A program made the translations under genes and the position numbers. Below, in pieces: positions 11,056-23,178 of a stretch of DNA of 64,000 bases; the stretch's first letter is position 1, and every line of letters starts with the position of its first letter. The notes beneath the pieces are model-generated. The model saw only the letters and a program-made list of their open reading frames with translations. It was not told the origin of the DNA and searched no databases. The DNA lies in assembly GCA_030390025.1 (NCBI GenBank), contig CM059431.1, positions 96,598,001 through 96,662,000 on the forward strand, in the 5' to 3' direction. This DNA comes from Squalus acanthias (taxonomy: Eukaryota).

Positions 11056-13469
11056 TAGTTGACTCAGAGACTAGGGTCCTGAATATAAATAAAGGAAACT
11101 ATGATGGTATGAGGCACGAGTTGGCTCGGATGGATTGGGGAACGTTACTTAAAGGGTTGACAGTGGATAGGCAATGGCAAACATTGAAAGATCGCATGGA
11201 TGAACTACAGAATTTGTTCATCCCTGTTCGGCATACAAATAAACAAAAAAGGTGACTCAACCGTGGCTAACAAGGGAAATTAGGGATAGCATAAGATCCA
11301 AGGAGAGGACATATAAATTGGCCAGAAAAAGCAGCAAACATGAGGATTGGGAGCAGTTTAGGATTCAGCAAAGGAGGACAAAGGGATTAATTAAGAGGGG
11401 GAAATAGATTATGAGAGTAAGCTTTCAGGGAACATAAAAACTGACTGTAAAAACTTGTATAGATATGTGAAGAGAAAAAGATTGGTGAAGTCAAGCGTAG
11501 GTCCCTTGCAGTCAGAATCAGGGGAAATTATAATGGGGAACAAAGAAATGGCTGACCAATTAAATACATACTTTGGTTCTGTCTTCACAAAGGAGGACAC
11601 AAATAACCTCCCAGAGATGTCGGGGAACATAGGGTTAAATGAGAGGGAGGAATTGAATGAAATCAGTATTTGTAGGGAAATGGTGTTAGGGAAATTGATG
11701 GGATTGAAGGCCGATAAATCCCCAGGGCCTGATAATCTACATCCTAGGGTACTTAAGGAAGTGGCCCTAGAAATAGTAGATGCATTGCTGGTCATCTTCC
11801 AAAATTCTATAGACTCTGGAACAGTTCCATTGGATTGGAGGGTAGCAAATGTAACCCCACTATTTGAAAAAGGTGGTAGAGAGAAAAAGGGGAATTATAG
11901 ACCGGTAAGTCTGACATCGGTAGTGGGGAAAATCCTAGAGTCCATTATAAAAGATGTAATAGCAGAGCACTTGGAAAACAGTGACAGGATCGGACAAAGT
12001 CAACATGGATTTACAAAAGGTAAATCATGCTTGACTAATCTACTGGAATTTTTTGAGGATGTAACTGGTAGAATGGATAAGGGAGAACCAGTGAATGTGG
12101 TGTATTTGGACTTTCAGAAGGCTTTCGATAAGGTCCCGCATAAGAGATTAGCGTGCAAAGTTAAAGCACACGGGATTGGGGGTAAGGTACTGTCTTGGAT
12201 AGAGAACTGGTTGGCAGACAGGAAGCAAAGAGTTGGAATAAACAGGTCTTTTTCCGAGTGGCAGGCAGTGACTAGTGGGGTACTGCAGTGATCGGTGCTA
12301 GGACCCCAGCTAGTCACAATAATCTAGATGACAGAACTAGATGTAATATCTCCAAGTTTGCAGACGACACAAAGCTGGGTGGGCGTGTGTGCTGTGAGGA
12401 GGATGCAGAGAAACTCCAGTATGATTTGGACAGGTTCGGTGATTGGGCAGATGCATGGCAGATGCAGTATTATGTGAATAAATGCGAGGTTATCCACTTC
12501 GGTGGCAAAAACAGGAAGACAGATTATTATCTGAACGGCAATAGATTGGGAAAAACGGAAGTGCAACGAGACCTGGGTGTCCTTGTGCACCAGTCGCTGA
12601 AGGTAAGCATGCAGGTGCAGCAGGCGGTTAAGAAGGCAAATGGTATGTTGGCCTTCATAGCGAGAGGATTCGAGTACAGGAGCAAGGATGTCTTGCTGCA
12701 GTTGTACAGGGCCTTGGTGAGACCACACCTTGAGTATTGTGTGCAGTTTTGGTCACCTTATCTGAGGAAGGATGTTCTTGCCATGGAGAGAGTGCAGCTG
12801 ATACCTGGGATGGCAGGAATGACGTATGAGGAGAGATTGGGTCGATTAGGCTTATATTCGCTAGAGTTTAGAAGAATGAGAGGGGATCTCATTGAAACTT
12901 ATAAAATTCTAACAGGACTAGACAGACTAGATGCAGGAAGGATGTTCCCGATGGCGGGGGAGTCCAGAACCAGGGGTCACAATCTAAGGATAAGGGGTAA
13001 GCCATTTCGGACTGAGATGAGGAGGAATTTCTTCACCCAGAGAGTGGTGAACCTGTGGAATTCTCTACCACAGAAGGCAGTTGAGGCCAATTCATTAAAT
13101 ATATTCAAGAAGGAGTTGGATATATTTCTTAAGGCAAAAGGGATCAAGGGATATGGGGAGAAAGCAGGGACAGGGTACTGAATTTGGATGATCAGCCATG
13201 ATCTCATTAAATGGTGGAACAGGCTCGAGGGGTCGAATGGCCTACTCCTGCTCCTATCTTCTATGTTTCTATGTTTACCAAGCTTCAGCACACCATAGAG
13301 CACCTTGTTGGGTAGTCTAGTATCAGGCATTCAGACTAAGTGACCAGTCAACTTAAACTGTGCCTTTACTATCATTGCCTCTACACTTGGCATTTTTGCT
13401 CTTTGGAGGTCCTAACTGTTCGGAATCTTGTACCGCCATCAAATTTTCATGAATTTTCTCTTCCACAGA

Positions 13470-13745
13470 GAAGAGCAACAGCAGCAATATCTTGGGAACA
13501 CCGTCACCTCCAAGTTCCCCTCCAAATCACACACCATCCCGATTAGTAATATATCGCCGTTCATTCATTGTCACTGGGTCACTATCCTGGAATTTCCTAC
13601 CTAACACCATAGTGGGAGCAGCTTCACCACACGGACTGCAGTGGTTCAGGGAGAAGGGTCACCAGCACCTTCTCAGGGCAACTAGGAATGAGCAGTAAAT
13701 GCCGGCCTTGCCAGTGTCACCCACATCCCAAAAACAAATAAAAAA
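13470..13745 (+). mobile_element. LINE 3' fragment (same family as 3995-4300)
   Basis: Sequence similarity within the window. Confidence 0.7.
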
Positions 13746-14267
13746 CAAATACTTTACTAAGAAAAATATGCATGTTAGTGTTTCTCTCTTTCAAAAGCTA
13801 CTTCCATGAGTGTGAAAAGTAAACAATTTATTAAGATAGCTTGATGGTCTGTCAGGGTATGGATGTAGGAATCCACAAAGCTCTGAATGCCCGAATCACA
13901 CATGATAACCTGCGATTCATACTTTTACAAGCTGGCTATTTGAAATCTGAGTTTAGCACTGTATGAATATGGGCAAAAAATAATGCTGTAAAACCAACCC
14001 AAGATCTGGTTAATTTTTCTATCTAGCTGTCACGTCTTTGTCACACTTTTGTGTCAACTTTTCACCATTATAAATGTTGACGTAGGAATTTATAATGGGT
14101 TTTACCCATGTAAACATGTCACCTGATGAAACAAACGGGCCACCTTCCTCCCAAAAATCACTCAAAATGCTCACTGAAAATGTTTTAGTTTGAAATTCTT
14201 TTCTCTCAGTAACTGTCACCCAAAATAAGGGAAAACCAAAATAATTTTTTAAAAAATTAAATATTAT

Positions 14268-14700
14268 GGGGGAGAACTTCGGTATCGCCCCGTTTGGGGC
14301 GCAATTATCGGCCGGGCGCAAAGTTTAGCACCTGGCGCTAATTATCGCCTCCGACTGCAAACTTGGCCTCTATCGCCCCTGGAGGTGATTTGAGCGCTAA
14401 ATCAGGCGCTACACACCTCTCTTAAGGTGCTAACGCCGAGGAGCGAGGCACTACCTCAGAGCGCTGGCGAAGCTCATGTGATGTCAGTCAGCAATGGAAC
14501 ACAAAAACACTGGCGCCGGCCAGTTCTTAAAGGGGAGGGTTGATCTTGCTCTCCAGCCACACCCTGCTCATTGCAGCCTTGAATCTCGGCCTGGAGAGAC
14601 CTGCACATCAATTCTGTTGGAAAGAACAATGGAGAGGCCCAGGGAAAGAGCTCAGAGTGCAGCCCCCATAGTCTCTTCTAAATCGATGCAAGGAAGGTCA
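14268..14700. mobile_element. Truncated copy of the 9120-10006 Harbinger-type MITE family in opposite orientation
   Basis: Matches the reverse complement of about 9580-10006; shared pseudo-ORF ERTME..R.RAQSAAP. Confidence 0.75.
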
Positions 14701-15144
14701 AATCAAAATGAAACTACATATTTTACAATAAACATAATTAACTTTATCCATTGAATTGTTTCTCTCATCTTTCAATATCTTTGTTAAAGTTAATAACTGT
14801 AGGCCTGAGCCTTGATATTTTCTCCCTAATTGGAGAGTTGAATTTGGATTGGGCAGTGTCGCTAATTTCCCATGATGCATTAGTACCAACCAGCTTTACT
14901 GATTAATATTTTTCTTTAGAAACAAATATGTTTGAAAAACAAGAGGACAAATTTCAAAAGCTTTATAGGTGACAATTAGAGAGTTTTTATATAAAAACAA
15001 AGCCCGTGTGTGAAAGAAATGAGCTGCTTTGATTACACAGCTGTTGTAGATTTTGTCTTGTGTTCTGTAAATTTCAGAAAATTATTTAGAGAGAGCGTGA
15101 GAGAGAAAAGAGAAAAAAGAAAGCTGGATGGGGAGAAAGCGTTT

Positions 15145-15223
15145 CAGCCTAGATCATGTTCTGGAGTGGGACTTGAAACCACAATCTTCTGACTCAGAGG
15201 AGAGAGTGCTCCCCACTGAGCTA
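15145..15223 (-). mobile_element. tRNA-derived SINE head (A box TAGCTCAGTGG, B box GGTTTCAAGTCC)
   Basis: Pol III boxes followed by CTAGGCTGA, which also precedes the Deu domain at 55560; no complete cloverleaf. Confidence 0.65.
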
Positions 15224-15442
15224 TGCTAACTTATTAACACTAACATATCATTTTATATATATTGTAGACTAAGGCATGTTATTTCATATACACACATAGC
15301 ATAAAACCTTGAGACAGAGAACTGAGAAAGCAAGGTGAAAAGATAGAAAGTGCAGAAACCCCCATCTACAATAATCGTGCTTTGCTTCATTATAGAATGA
15401 GTTTTTAAACCTTTGCTTCTCTCCAGCACAGCGTATACTTAC

Positions 15443-15514
15443 CTTTCAACTTCAGCCTCTGGATTCTCAAGCTCCATATAATTGTCTTTTAGCTGCAGGA
15501 ATGTGAAGCCAAGT
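15443..15514 (-). CDS. ATP11A: ATP11A coding exon (72 bp) LGFTFLQLKDNYMELENPEAEVER
   Basis: tcgcag|A CTT ... AG|gtaagt. Confidence 0.93.
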
Positions 15515-17200
15515 CTGCGAACAAAAAAACCCAAATCACTAAACATCTGGGGTATAGATGTTTCAGTAAGAGTAGGGAAGGTGGTAAGAAAGGTGGAGGA
15601 GTAGCATTGTTAATCAAGGATAGTTTAACAGCGGCAGAAAGGCAGTTCGAGGGGGATCTGCCGTCTGAGGTAATATGGGCTGAAGTTAGAAATAGGAAAG
15701 GAGCGGTCACGTTGTTAGGAGTTTTCTACAGGCCCCCAAATAGTAATAGAGATGTGGAGGAAGAAATTGCAAAGCAGATTATGAATAGGTGTGGAGGTCA
15801 CAGAGTAGTTGTCATGGGTGACTTCAACTTTCCAAATATTGATTGGAACCTTTTTCGGTCAAACAGTTCGGATGGGATAGTTTTTGCACAGTGTGTGCAG
15901 GAGGGTTTCCTGACACAATATGTGGATAGGCCGACAAGAGGTGGGGCCACATTGGATTTGGTACTGGGTAATGAACCGGGCCAAGTGTTTGATTTGTATG
16001 TGGGAGAGCACTTTGGAGATAGTGACCACAATTCGGTGACTTTCACTATTGCAATGGAGAGAGATAGGGCCATACGGCAGGGCAGGGTTTATAATTGGGG
16101 ATGGGGTAATTATGATGCGATTAGGCAAGAATTAGGGGAACAGAAACTATCAGGGAAAGGCACAAACGAAAAGTGGAGCTTTTTCATGGAGCAATTACTG
16201 CGTGTCCTTGATAGGTATGTCCCTGTCAGGCAGGGAGGAAATGGCCGAGTGAGAGAACCATGGTTCACAAAAGAGGTTGAATGTCTAGTCAAGAGGAAAA
16301 AGGAAGCCTATGTAAGGATGAGAAAACAAGGTTCAGTTGGGTCGATTGAGGGGTACAAGGTAGCAAGGAATGAGCTAAAAAAAGAGCTTAGGAGAGCGAG
16401 GAGGGGGCATGAGAAGTCCTTGGCGGGTCGGATCAAGGAAAACCCCAAGGCTTTTTACTCTTATGTGAGAAATAAAAGAATGACCAGGGTGAGGGTAGGG
16501 CCGGTCAAGGACAGTAGTGGGAACTTGTGCATGGAGTCAGAAGAGATAGGAGAGGTGATGAATGAATACTTTTCGTCAGTGTTCACCGAGGAGAGGGGCC
16601 ATGTTTTTGAGGATGAGAGTGTGATAAAGATGGATAGGCTGGAGGAGGTAGATGTTCTGAGGGAAGATGTTTTAGCAATTTTGAAGAACCTGAGGGTCGA
16701 TAAGTCCCCTGGGCCAGATGGGATATATCCTAGGATTCTTTGGGAGGCAAGGGAGGAGATTGCAGAGCCTTTGGCTTTGATCTTTGGGTCCTCACTGCCC
16801 ACGGGGATGGTGCCAGAGGACTGGAGAATGGCGAATGTTGTTCCTCTCTTCAAGAAAGGAAATAGGAATGACCCTGGTAATTATAGGCCGGTTAGTCTTA
16901 GTTCGGTGGTTGGTAAGATAATGGAAAAGGTCCTGAGGGATAGGATTTATGACCATTTGGAAAGATGCAACTTAATCCGGGATAGTCGACACGGATTCGT
17001 GAAGGGTAAGTCTTGCCTAACAAATTTGATTGAATTCTTTGAGGAGGTAACTAAGTGTGTAGATGAAGGTAGAGCAGTTGATGTCGTATACATGGATTTT
17101 AGTAAGGCGTTTGATAAGGTTCATGGTCGGCTCATGAAGAAAGTAAGGAGTTGTGGGATAGAGGGAAATTTGGCCGATTGGATAAGTAACTGGCTATCTC

Positions 17201-17328
17201 TATATATGCTTTGGCGATTCTGTATCTATTTACTTCACCTGAGGAAGGGGCAATCGATAGCTCCGAAAGCTTGTGATTTCAAATAAAACTGTTGGACTAT
17301 AACCTGGTGTTGTGCGACCTCTCAATTT
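17201..17328 (+). mobile_element. Penelope-like terminal-repeat fragment with hammerhead motif, inserted into CR1 RT
   Basis: 6-bp TSD TATCTC (17195-17200, 17329-17334); near-identical to the arm of 30970-31192. Confidence 0.8.
17235..17276 (+). ncRNA. Minimal type I hammerhead ribozyme motif
   Basis: tcac CUGAGGA a ggggc-loop-gcucc GAAA gc UU guga; stem I 4 bp, palindromic AGCU stem III. Confidence 0.65.
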
Positions 17329-18429
17329 TATCTCATAGAAGGCAGAGGGTGGTGGTGGATGGAAAATTTTCAGACTGGAGACCAGTTACCAGCGGTGTGC
17401 CACAAGGGTCGGTGCTGGGTCCTCTGCTGTTTGTGATTTTTATCAATGACTTGGAGGAGGGGACTGAAGGGTGGATCAGTAAATTTGCTGATGACACCAA
17501 GATTGGTGGAGTAGTGGATGAGGTGGAGGGCTGTTGTAGGCTGCAAAGAGACATTGATAGGATGCAGAGCTGGGCCGAAAAATGGCAGATGGAATTTAAC
17601 CCTGATAAGTGCAAGGTGATTCATTTTGGTAGGGCAAATTTGAATAAGGATTACAGGGTCAACGGCAGGGTTCTGAGGAACGTGGAGGAACAGAGGGATC
17701 TGGGGGTTCATATCCACAGATCTCTGAAGGTTGCCACTCAAGTGGATAGAGCAGTAAAGAAGGCCTATAGTGTGTTAGCGTTTATTAACAAGGGGTTTGA
17801 GTTTAAGAACCGTGAGGTTATGCTGCAACTGTACAGGACCTTGGTGAGACCACATTTGGAATATTGTGTGCAGTTCTGGTCACCTCACTATAGGAAGGAT
17901 GTGGAAGCATTGGAAAGAGTGCAAAGGAGATTTACCAGGATGCTGCCTGGTTTGGGGGGGAGGTCTTATGAGGAAAGATTGAGGGAGCTAGGGCTTTTCT
18001 CTTTAGAGCGGAGGAGGATGAGAGGCGACTTAATAGAGGTTTATAAGATGATGAGGGGGTTGATAGAGTGGATGTTCAGAGACTATTTCCTCGGGTGGAT
18101 GTAGCTGTTACAAGGGGGCATAACTATAAGGTGCATGGGGGGAGATATAGAATGGATGTCCGAGGTAGATTCTTTACTCAGAGAGTGGTTGGGGTGTGGA
18201 ATGGACTGCCTGCTGTGATAGTGGAGTCGGACACTTTAGGAACTTTCAAGCGGTTATTGGATAAGCACATGGAGCACACCAGAATGATAGGGAGTGGGAT
18301 AGCTTGATCTTGGTTTCGGACAATGCTCGGCACAACATCGAGGTCCGAAGGGCCTGTACTGTGCTGTACTGTTCTATGTTCTATGTTCTATCCAACACAA
18401 AAATAATCAATCAGTGATCAATCCAGCAT

Positions 18430-18735
18430 GGTACAGTAATGCTCTGGTTATGCTTCTAGACTAGCAAGTTGCAAGTTCAAAATCAAATTCAATAAATCTG
18501 ATAATCTGTGTGTTGTCAGCAGATGAAATGCCCATGAAGCTGTCGGATTGTTGTCAAAGCCCAACTGGTACACTAATGTCCTTCAGGGAACAGAACCTGC
18601 CGTCCTTACCCGGGCTGGCTCACACGTGACTCCAGTCCCACACCACATGGTCGACTCTGAATGCCTTTCAAGGTAACCAGGGATGGGCACTAAGTGCCGC
18701 ACTGCCATTGTAACCCACATCCCAAGAACAAATAT
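18430..18735 (+). mobile_element. Degenerate SINE sharing its 3' tail with the 36525-37457 LINE family
   Basis: B-box-like GTTCAAAATC and tail GGATGGGCA...CCCACATCCCAAGAACAAAT. Confidence 0.5.
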
Positions 18736-19000
18736 TTATACAATCAAAGCCTATCCTGTGCCCGCCAACACCACAGAGGTGCAGACTTCAGTTCCTGTTT
18801 TAGTGTGGGGGAGCAGCTCAGAGCCCAGAGTGTCCCATCAAATGACAAACATGCAACACCCGACATTGCAACTATGAACTGAGAGAGAGAAGGCGGAAAA
18901 ATGGCCAGACACGTCAATGTCTTCTCCAGCCACCAGGCTTGAGCAACCTCATGCAATCTGCTCCCAACATCTACTCAAACCAATTCCAGGTGGAGACCAA

Positions 19001-19520
19001 GGCCAGAATTTCCCCCTAGAAACAGGTGGGTTTGGAGCGTGGGGGCAGTTAAAGGGTTAAAAATGGGTTCCCGACCTGATCCCACCTCCAACCTGCCCAC
19101 TTCCAGTTTTAACAGAGGTGGGGCAGGAGGTGGGCGATCAACCCGCTCCCAGGGGGTGGAACATTAATTTAAATATTATAATGAGGCTGGAAGCCTCTTT
19201 TTCCCCCTCCATTTTGAATTTAACTGCCTGTGGGCGGGTTTCACACAATTAGTGAAACCCGGCAGTTAAACCGAAGCGGGGACTGTTGCATCCAGGAGGT
19301 AAGTGGCTTTATAACCACCTCCTGGATCCAGGGTCCTGACCATACCCACCTCCCGCGATCGGAGACCCCCCCCCCCACCCCACAACCTCCGATCCCCAAG
19401 CCAGCCGATCCCTGACCCCGCCCCCCGCCGATCCCTGACCCCGCCCCCCGCCGATTCTTGACCCCGCCAATCCCCAAAACCTCCCCCCCCCACCCCACCC
19501 GCTGACACCTTTAAAAGGAA
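19001..19520. mobile_element. Truncated Harbinger-type MITE end with internal C-rich repeats
   Basis: Begins GGCCAGAATTTCCCC followed by GGGTTTGGAG, like the ends at 23179 and 42016. Confidence 0.5.
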
Positions 19521-19926
19521 TCTGAGACTTGTTCCCATCCAAGGACAACGGTAGCAATTAATCGACATACATCAAGACCTTGTCCGGAGGTGTGCACTTC
19601 AGCCAGTCTGGGATATGTATTCCCTGCATCATTTGTCAGAGAGAGATATCGGAGTTGCTCCCAGTCAGGTGAACAGTCATGGGGAAAGAGCACCAGGTGT
19701 TAATTTGAGCCATAAGCTAAAGTCATGAGAAATAGTGAACCCAATGTGAGAGCATAAATGGATCAGTAATCTGTAAACATCCCACAAACTCCAACTGTTA
19801 CCTGTTTTAAAGTGTGTTCAGACCATATTCCTCTGACATCCTACATTCAACTTGCATCAAAAATGTCAGGGAATCACCTTACAGGTGTACAGCATGGTCA
19901 TCAGACATCAGGACTAGATAGCAAAT

Positions 19927-20383
19927 GTCAACAGCTTGTATTTATGTAGAACCTTTAATATGGAAAAACATCCCAAGGTGTTTCAGAGCTTAATTAGACA
20001 ATAATGGAACCGAGCCAAAGAAGGAGAATTAGGAGGGTGAGAAAAAGCTTGGTCAAAGAGGTGGATTTTAAGGAGAGTCTTAAAGGAGGAGAGAAAGGTG
20101 AAGAGGCAGAGAGATTTAGAGGGAATTGCAGGGCATGGGGCCTTGGTGACTTAAGGCACGGCCACCAATGGTGGGTTAATGGGAAGGAGGGATGCACAAG
20201 GGACCAGAGTTGGAGGAACGGAGAGTTCTGAAGGGGCAGTCGAATGTTAGAGATAGCGAGGGCAAGGCGATGAAGGGATTTAAACACAAGGCTGGAGGAC
20301 CAGGAACCAATGTAGGTCAGAAAGGACAGGAGTGATGGGTGAGTGGCACTTGGTTTGGGATTGAATTTGGGCAGCACAGTTTT
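19927..20383 (-). mobile_element. Degenerate L2-type LINE 3' fragment
   Basis: Similar to 2282-2780. Confidence 0.75.
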
Positions 20384-20436
20384 AACAACAAATGGAATAT
20401 TTTTTAGTCCCTTGAGTAAACACCTCTGAGGACAGA

Positions 20437-23178
20437 TTTGGAGCGGTAGTTTCAGGGCCTAGTTTGGAGCGGTAGTTTCAGGGCCTAGTTTGGAGAGGTA
20501 GTTTCAGGGCCTAGTTTGGAGAGGTAGTTTCAGGGCCTAGTTTGGAGCGGTAGTTTCAGGGCCTAGTTTGGAGCGGTAGTTTCAGGGCCTAGTTTGGAGC
20601 GGTAGTTTCAGGGCCTAGTTTGGAGCGGTAGTTTCAGGGCCTAGTTTGGAGCGGTAGTTTCAGGGCCTAGTTTGGAGAGGTAGTTTCAGGGCCTAGTTTG
20701 GAGCGGTAGTTTCAGGGCCTAGTTTGGAGCGGTAGTTTCAGGGCCTAGTTTGGAGAGGTAGTTTCAGGGCCTAGTTTGGAGCGGTAGTTTCAGGGCCTAG
20801 TTTGGAGAGGTAGTTTCAGGGCCTAGTTTGGAGCGGTAGTTTCAGGGCCTAGTTTGGAGCGGTAGTTTCAGGGCCTAGTTTGGAGCGGTAGTTTCAGGGC
20901 CTAGTTTGGAGCGGTAGTTTCAGGGCCTAGTTTGGAGCGGTAGTTTCAGGGCCTAGTTTGGAGCGGTAGTTTCAGGACCTAGTTTGGAGCGGTAGTTTCA
21001 GGGCCTAGTTTGGAGCGGTAGTTTCAGGGCCTAGTTTGGAGCGGAAGTTTCAGGGCCTAGTTTGGAGCGGTAGTTTCAGGGCCTAGTTTGGAGCGGTAGT
21101 TTCAGGGTCTAGTTTGGAGCGGTAGTTTCAGGGTCTAGTTTGGAGCGGTAGTTTCAGGGCCTAGTTTGGAGCGGTAGTTTCAGGGCCTAGTTTGGAGCGG
21201 TAGTTTCAGGGTCTAGTTTGGAGAGGTAGTTTCAGGGCCTAGTTTGGAGCGGTAGTTTCAGGGCCTAGTTTGGAGAGGTAGTTTCAGGGCCTAGTTTGGA
21301 GAGGTAGTTTCAGGGCCTAGTTTGGAGAGGTAGTTTCAGGGCCTAGTTTGGAGCGGTAGTTTCAGGGTCTAGTTTGGAGAGGTAGTTTCAGGGTCTAGTT
21401 TGGAGCGGTAGTTTCAGGGCCTAGTTTGGAGAGGTAGTTTCAGGGTCTAGTTTGGAGCGGTAGTTTCAGGGCCTAGTTTGGAGAGGTAGTTTCAGGGCCT
21501 AGTTTGGAGCGGTAGTTTCAGGGCCTAGTTTGGAGCGGTAGTTTCAGGGCCTAGTTTGGAGCGGTAGTTTCAGGGTCTAGTTTGGAGAGATAGTTTCAGG
21601 GCCTAGTTTGGAGAGATAGTTTCAGGGCCTAGTTTGGAGAGGTAGTTTCAGGGCCTAGTTTGGAGCGGTAGTTTCAGGGTCTAGTTTGGAGCGGTAGTTT
21701 CAGGGTCTAGTTTGGAGCGGTAGTTTCAGGGCCTAGTTTGGAGCGGTAGTTTCAGGACCTAGTTTGGAGCGGTAGTTTCAGGGCCTAGTTTGGAGCGGTA
21801 GTTTCAGGGTCTAGTTTGGAGCGGTAGTTTCAGGGCCTATTTTGGAGCGGTAGTTTCAGGGCCTAGTTTGGAGCGGTAGTTTCAGGGCCTAGTTTGGAGC
21901 GGTAGTTTCAGGGTCTAGTTTGGAGCGGTAGTTTCAGGGCCTAGTTTGGAGAGGTAGTTTCAGGGTCTAGTTTGGAGCGGTAGTTTCAGGGCCTAGTTTG
22001 GAGCGGTAGTTTCAGGGCCTAGTTTGGAGCGGTAGTTTCAGGGCCTAGTTTGGAGCGGTAGTTTCAGGGCCTAGTTTGGAGCGGTAGTTTCAGGGTCTAG
22101 TTTGGAGCGGTAGTTTCAGGGCCTAGTTTGGAGCGGTAGTTTCAGGGCCTAGTTTGGAGAGGTAGTTTCAGGGTCTAGTTTGGAGAGGTAGTTTCAGGGT
22201 CTAGTTTGGAGCGGTAGTTTCAGGGCCTAGTTTGGAGAGGTAGTTTCAGGGTCTAGTTTGGAGAGGTAGTTTCAGGGCCTAGTTTGGAGCGGTAGTTTCA
22301 GGGCCTAGTTTGGAGCGGTAGTTTCAGGGCCTAGTTTGGAGCGGTAGTTTCAGGGTCTAGTTTGGAGCGGTAGTTTCAGGGCCTAGTTTGGAGCGGTAGT
22401 TTCAGGGCCTAGTTTGGAGAGGTAGTTTCAGGGTCTAGTTTGGAGAGGTAGTTTCAGGGTCTAGTTTGGAGCGGTAGTTTCAGGGCCTAGTTTGGAGAGG
22501 TAGTTTCAGGGTCTAGTTTGGAGAGGTAGTTTCAGGGCCTAGTTTGGAGCGGTAGTTTCAGGGCCTAGTTTGGAGCGGTAGTTTCAGGGCCTAGTTTGGA
22601 GAGGTAGTTTCAGGGCCTAGTTTGGAGCGGTAGTTTCAGGGCCTAGTTTGGAGCGGTAGTTTCAGGGTCTCGTTTGGAGCGGTAGTTTCAGGGCCTAGTT
22701 TGGAGAGGTAGTTTCAGGGTCTAGTTTGGAGCGGTAGTTTCAGGGCCTAGTTTGGAGCGGTAGTTTCAGGGCCTAGTTTGGAGCGGTAGTTTCAGGGTCT
22801 AGTTTGGAGCAGTAGTTTCAGGGCCTAGTTTGGAGCGGTAGTTTCAGGGCCTAGTTTGGAGAGGTAGTTTCAGGGTCTAGTTTGGAGAGGTAGTTTCAGG
22901 GTCTAGTTTGGAGCGGTAGTTTTGGGGCCTAGTTTGGAGAGGTAGTTTCAGGGTCTAGTTTGGAGAGGTAGTTTCAGGGCCTAGTTTGGAGCGGTAGTTT
23001 CAGGGCCTAGTTTGGAGCGGTAGTTTCAGGGCCTAGTTTGGAGCGGTAGTTTCAGGGCCTAGTTTGGAGAGGTAGTTTCAGGGTCTAGTTTGGAGCGGTA
23101 GTTTCAGGGCCTAGTTTGGAGCGTTAGTTTCAGGGCCTAGTTTGGAGCGGTAGTTTCAGGGCCTAGTTTGGAGAGATA
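20437..23178. repeat. Tandem array of the 26-bp unit TAGTTTGGAGCGGTAGTTTCAGGGCC, about 105 copies; about 2.5 more copies at 24900-24963
   Basis: Direct inspection; variants mainly GAGCG/GAGAG and GGGCC/GGGTC. Confidence 0.98.

Larger units (their letters stand above)
7625..13274 (+). mobile_element. Near full-length CR1 LINE (5'UTR; ORF1 Zn-finger plus SGNH esterase from ATG 7991; ORF2 APE-RT ending 13181; TTCTATGT tail), disabled and interrupted by two MITEs
   Basis: ORF1 CSSC..CGTC, IGDS, HIGTND; ORF2 [27 protein letters not shown]; contains stops and frameshifts. Confidence 0.93.
15549..18391 (+). mobile_element. 5'-truncated CR1 LINE (APE-RT ORF2) with TTCTATG tail
   Basis: ORFs 15607..17286, 17292..18104 and 18068..18307. 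Confidence 0.93.

Noticed and set aside
15161..15223. tRNA gene
   Set aside because: Has A and B boxes but no proper acceptor stem, and runs into SINE body sequence
15607..17286. 559-aa ORF as a host gene or active retroelement
   Set aside because: 5'-truncated CR1 ORF2 interrupted by an insertion and a later frameshift; no CR1 in the window has an intact ORF2
20437..23178. CRISPR-like regular repeat array
   Set aside because: Head-to-tail units with no unique spacers, no cas genes, and a vertebrate intron context
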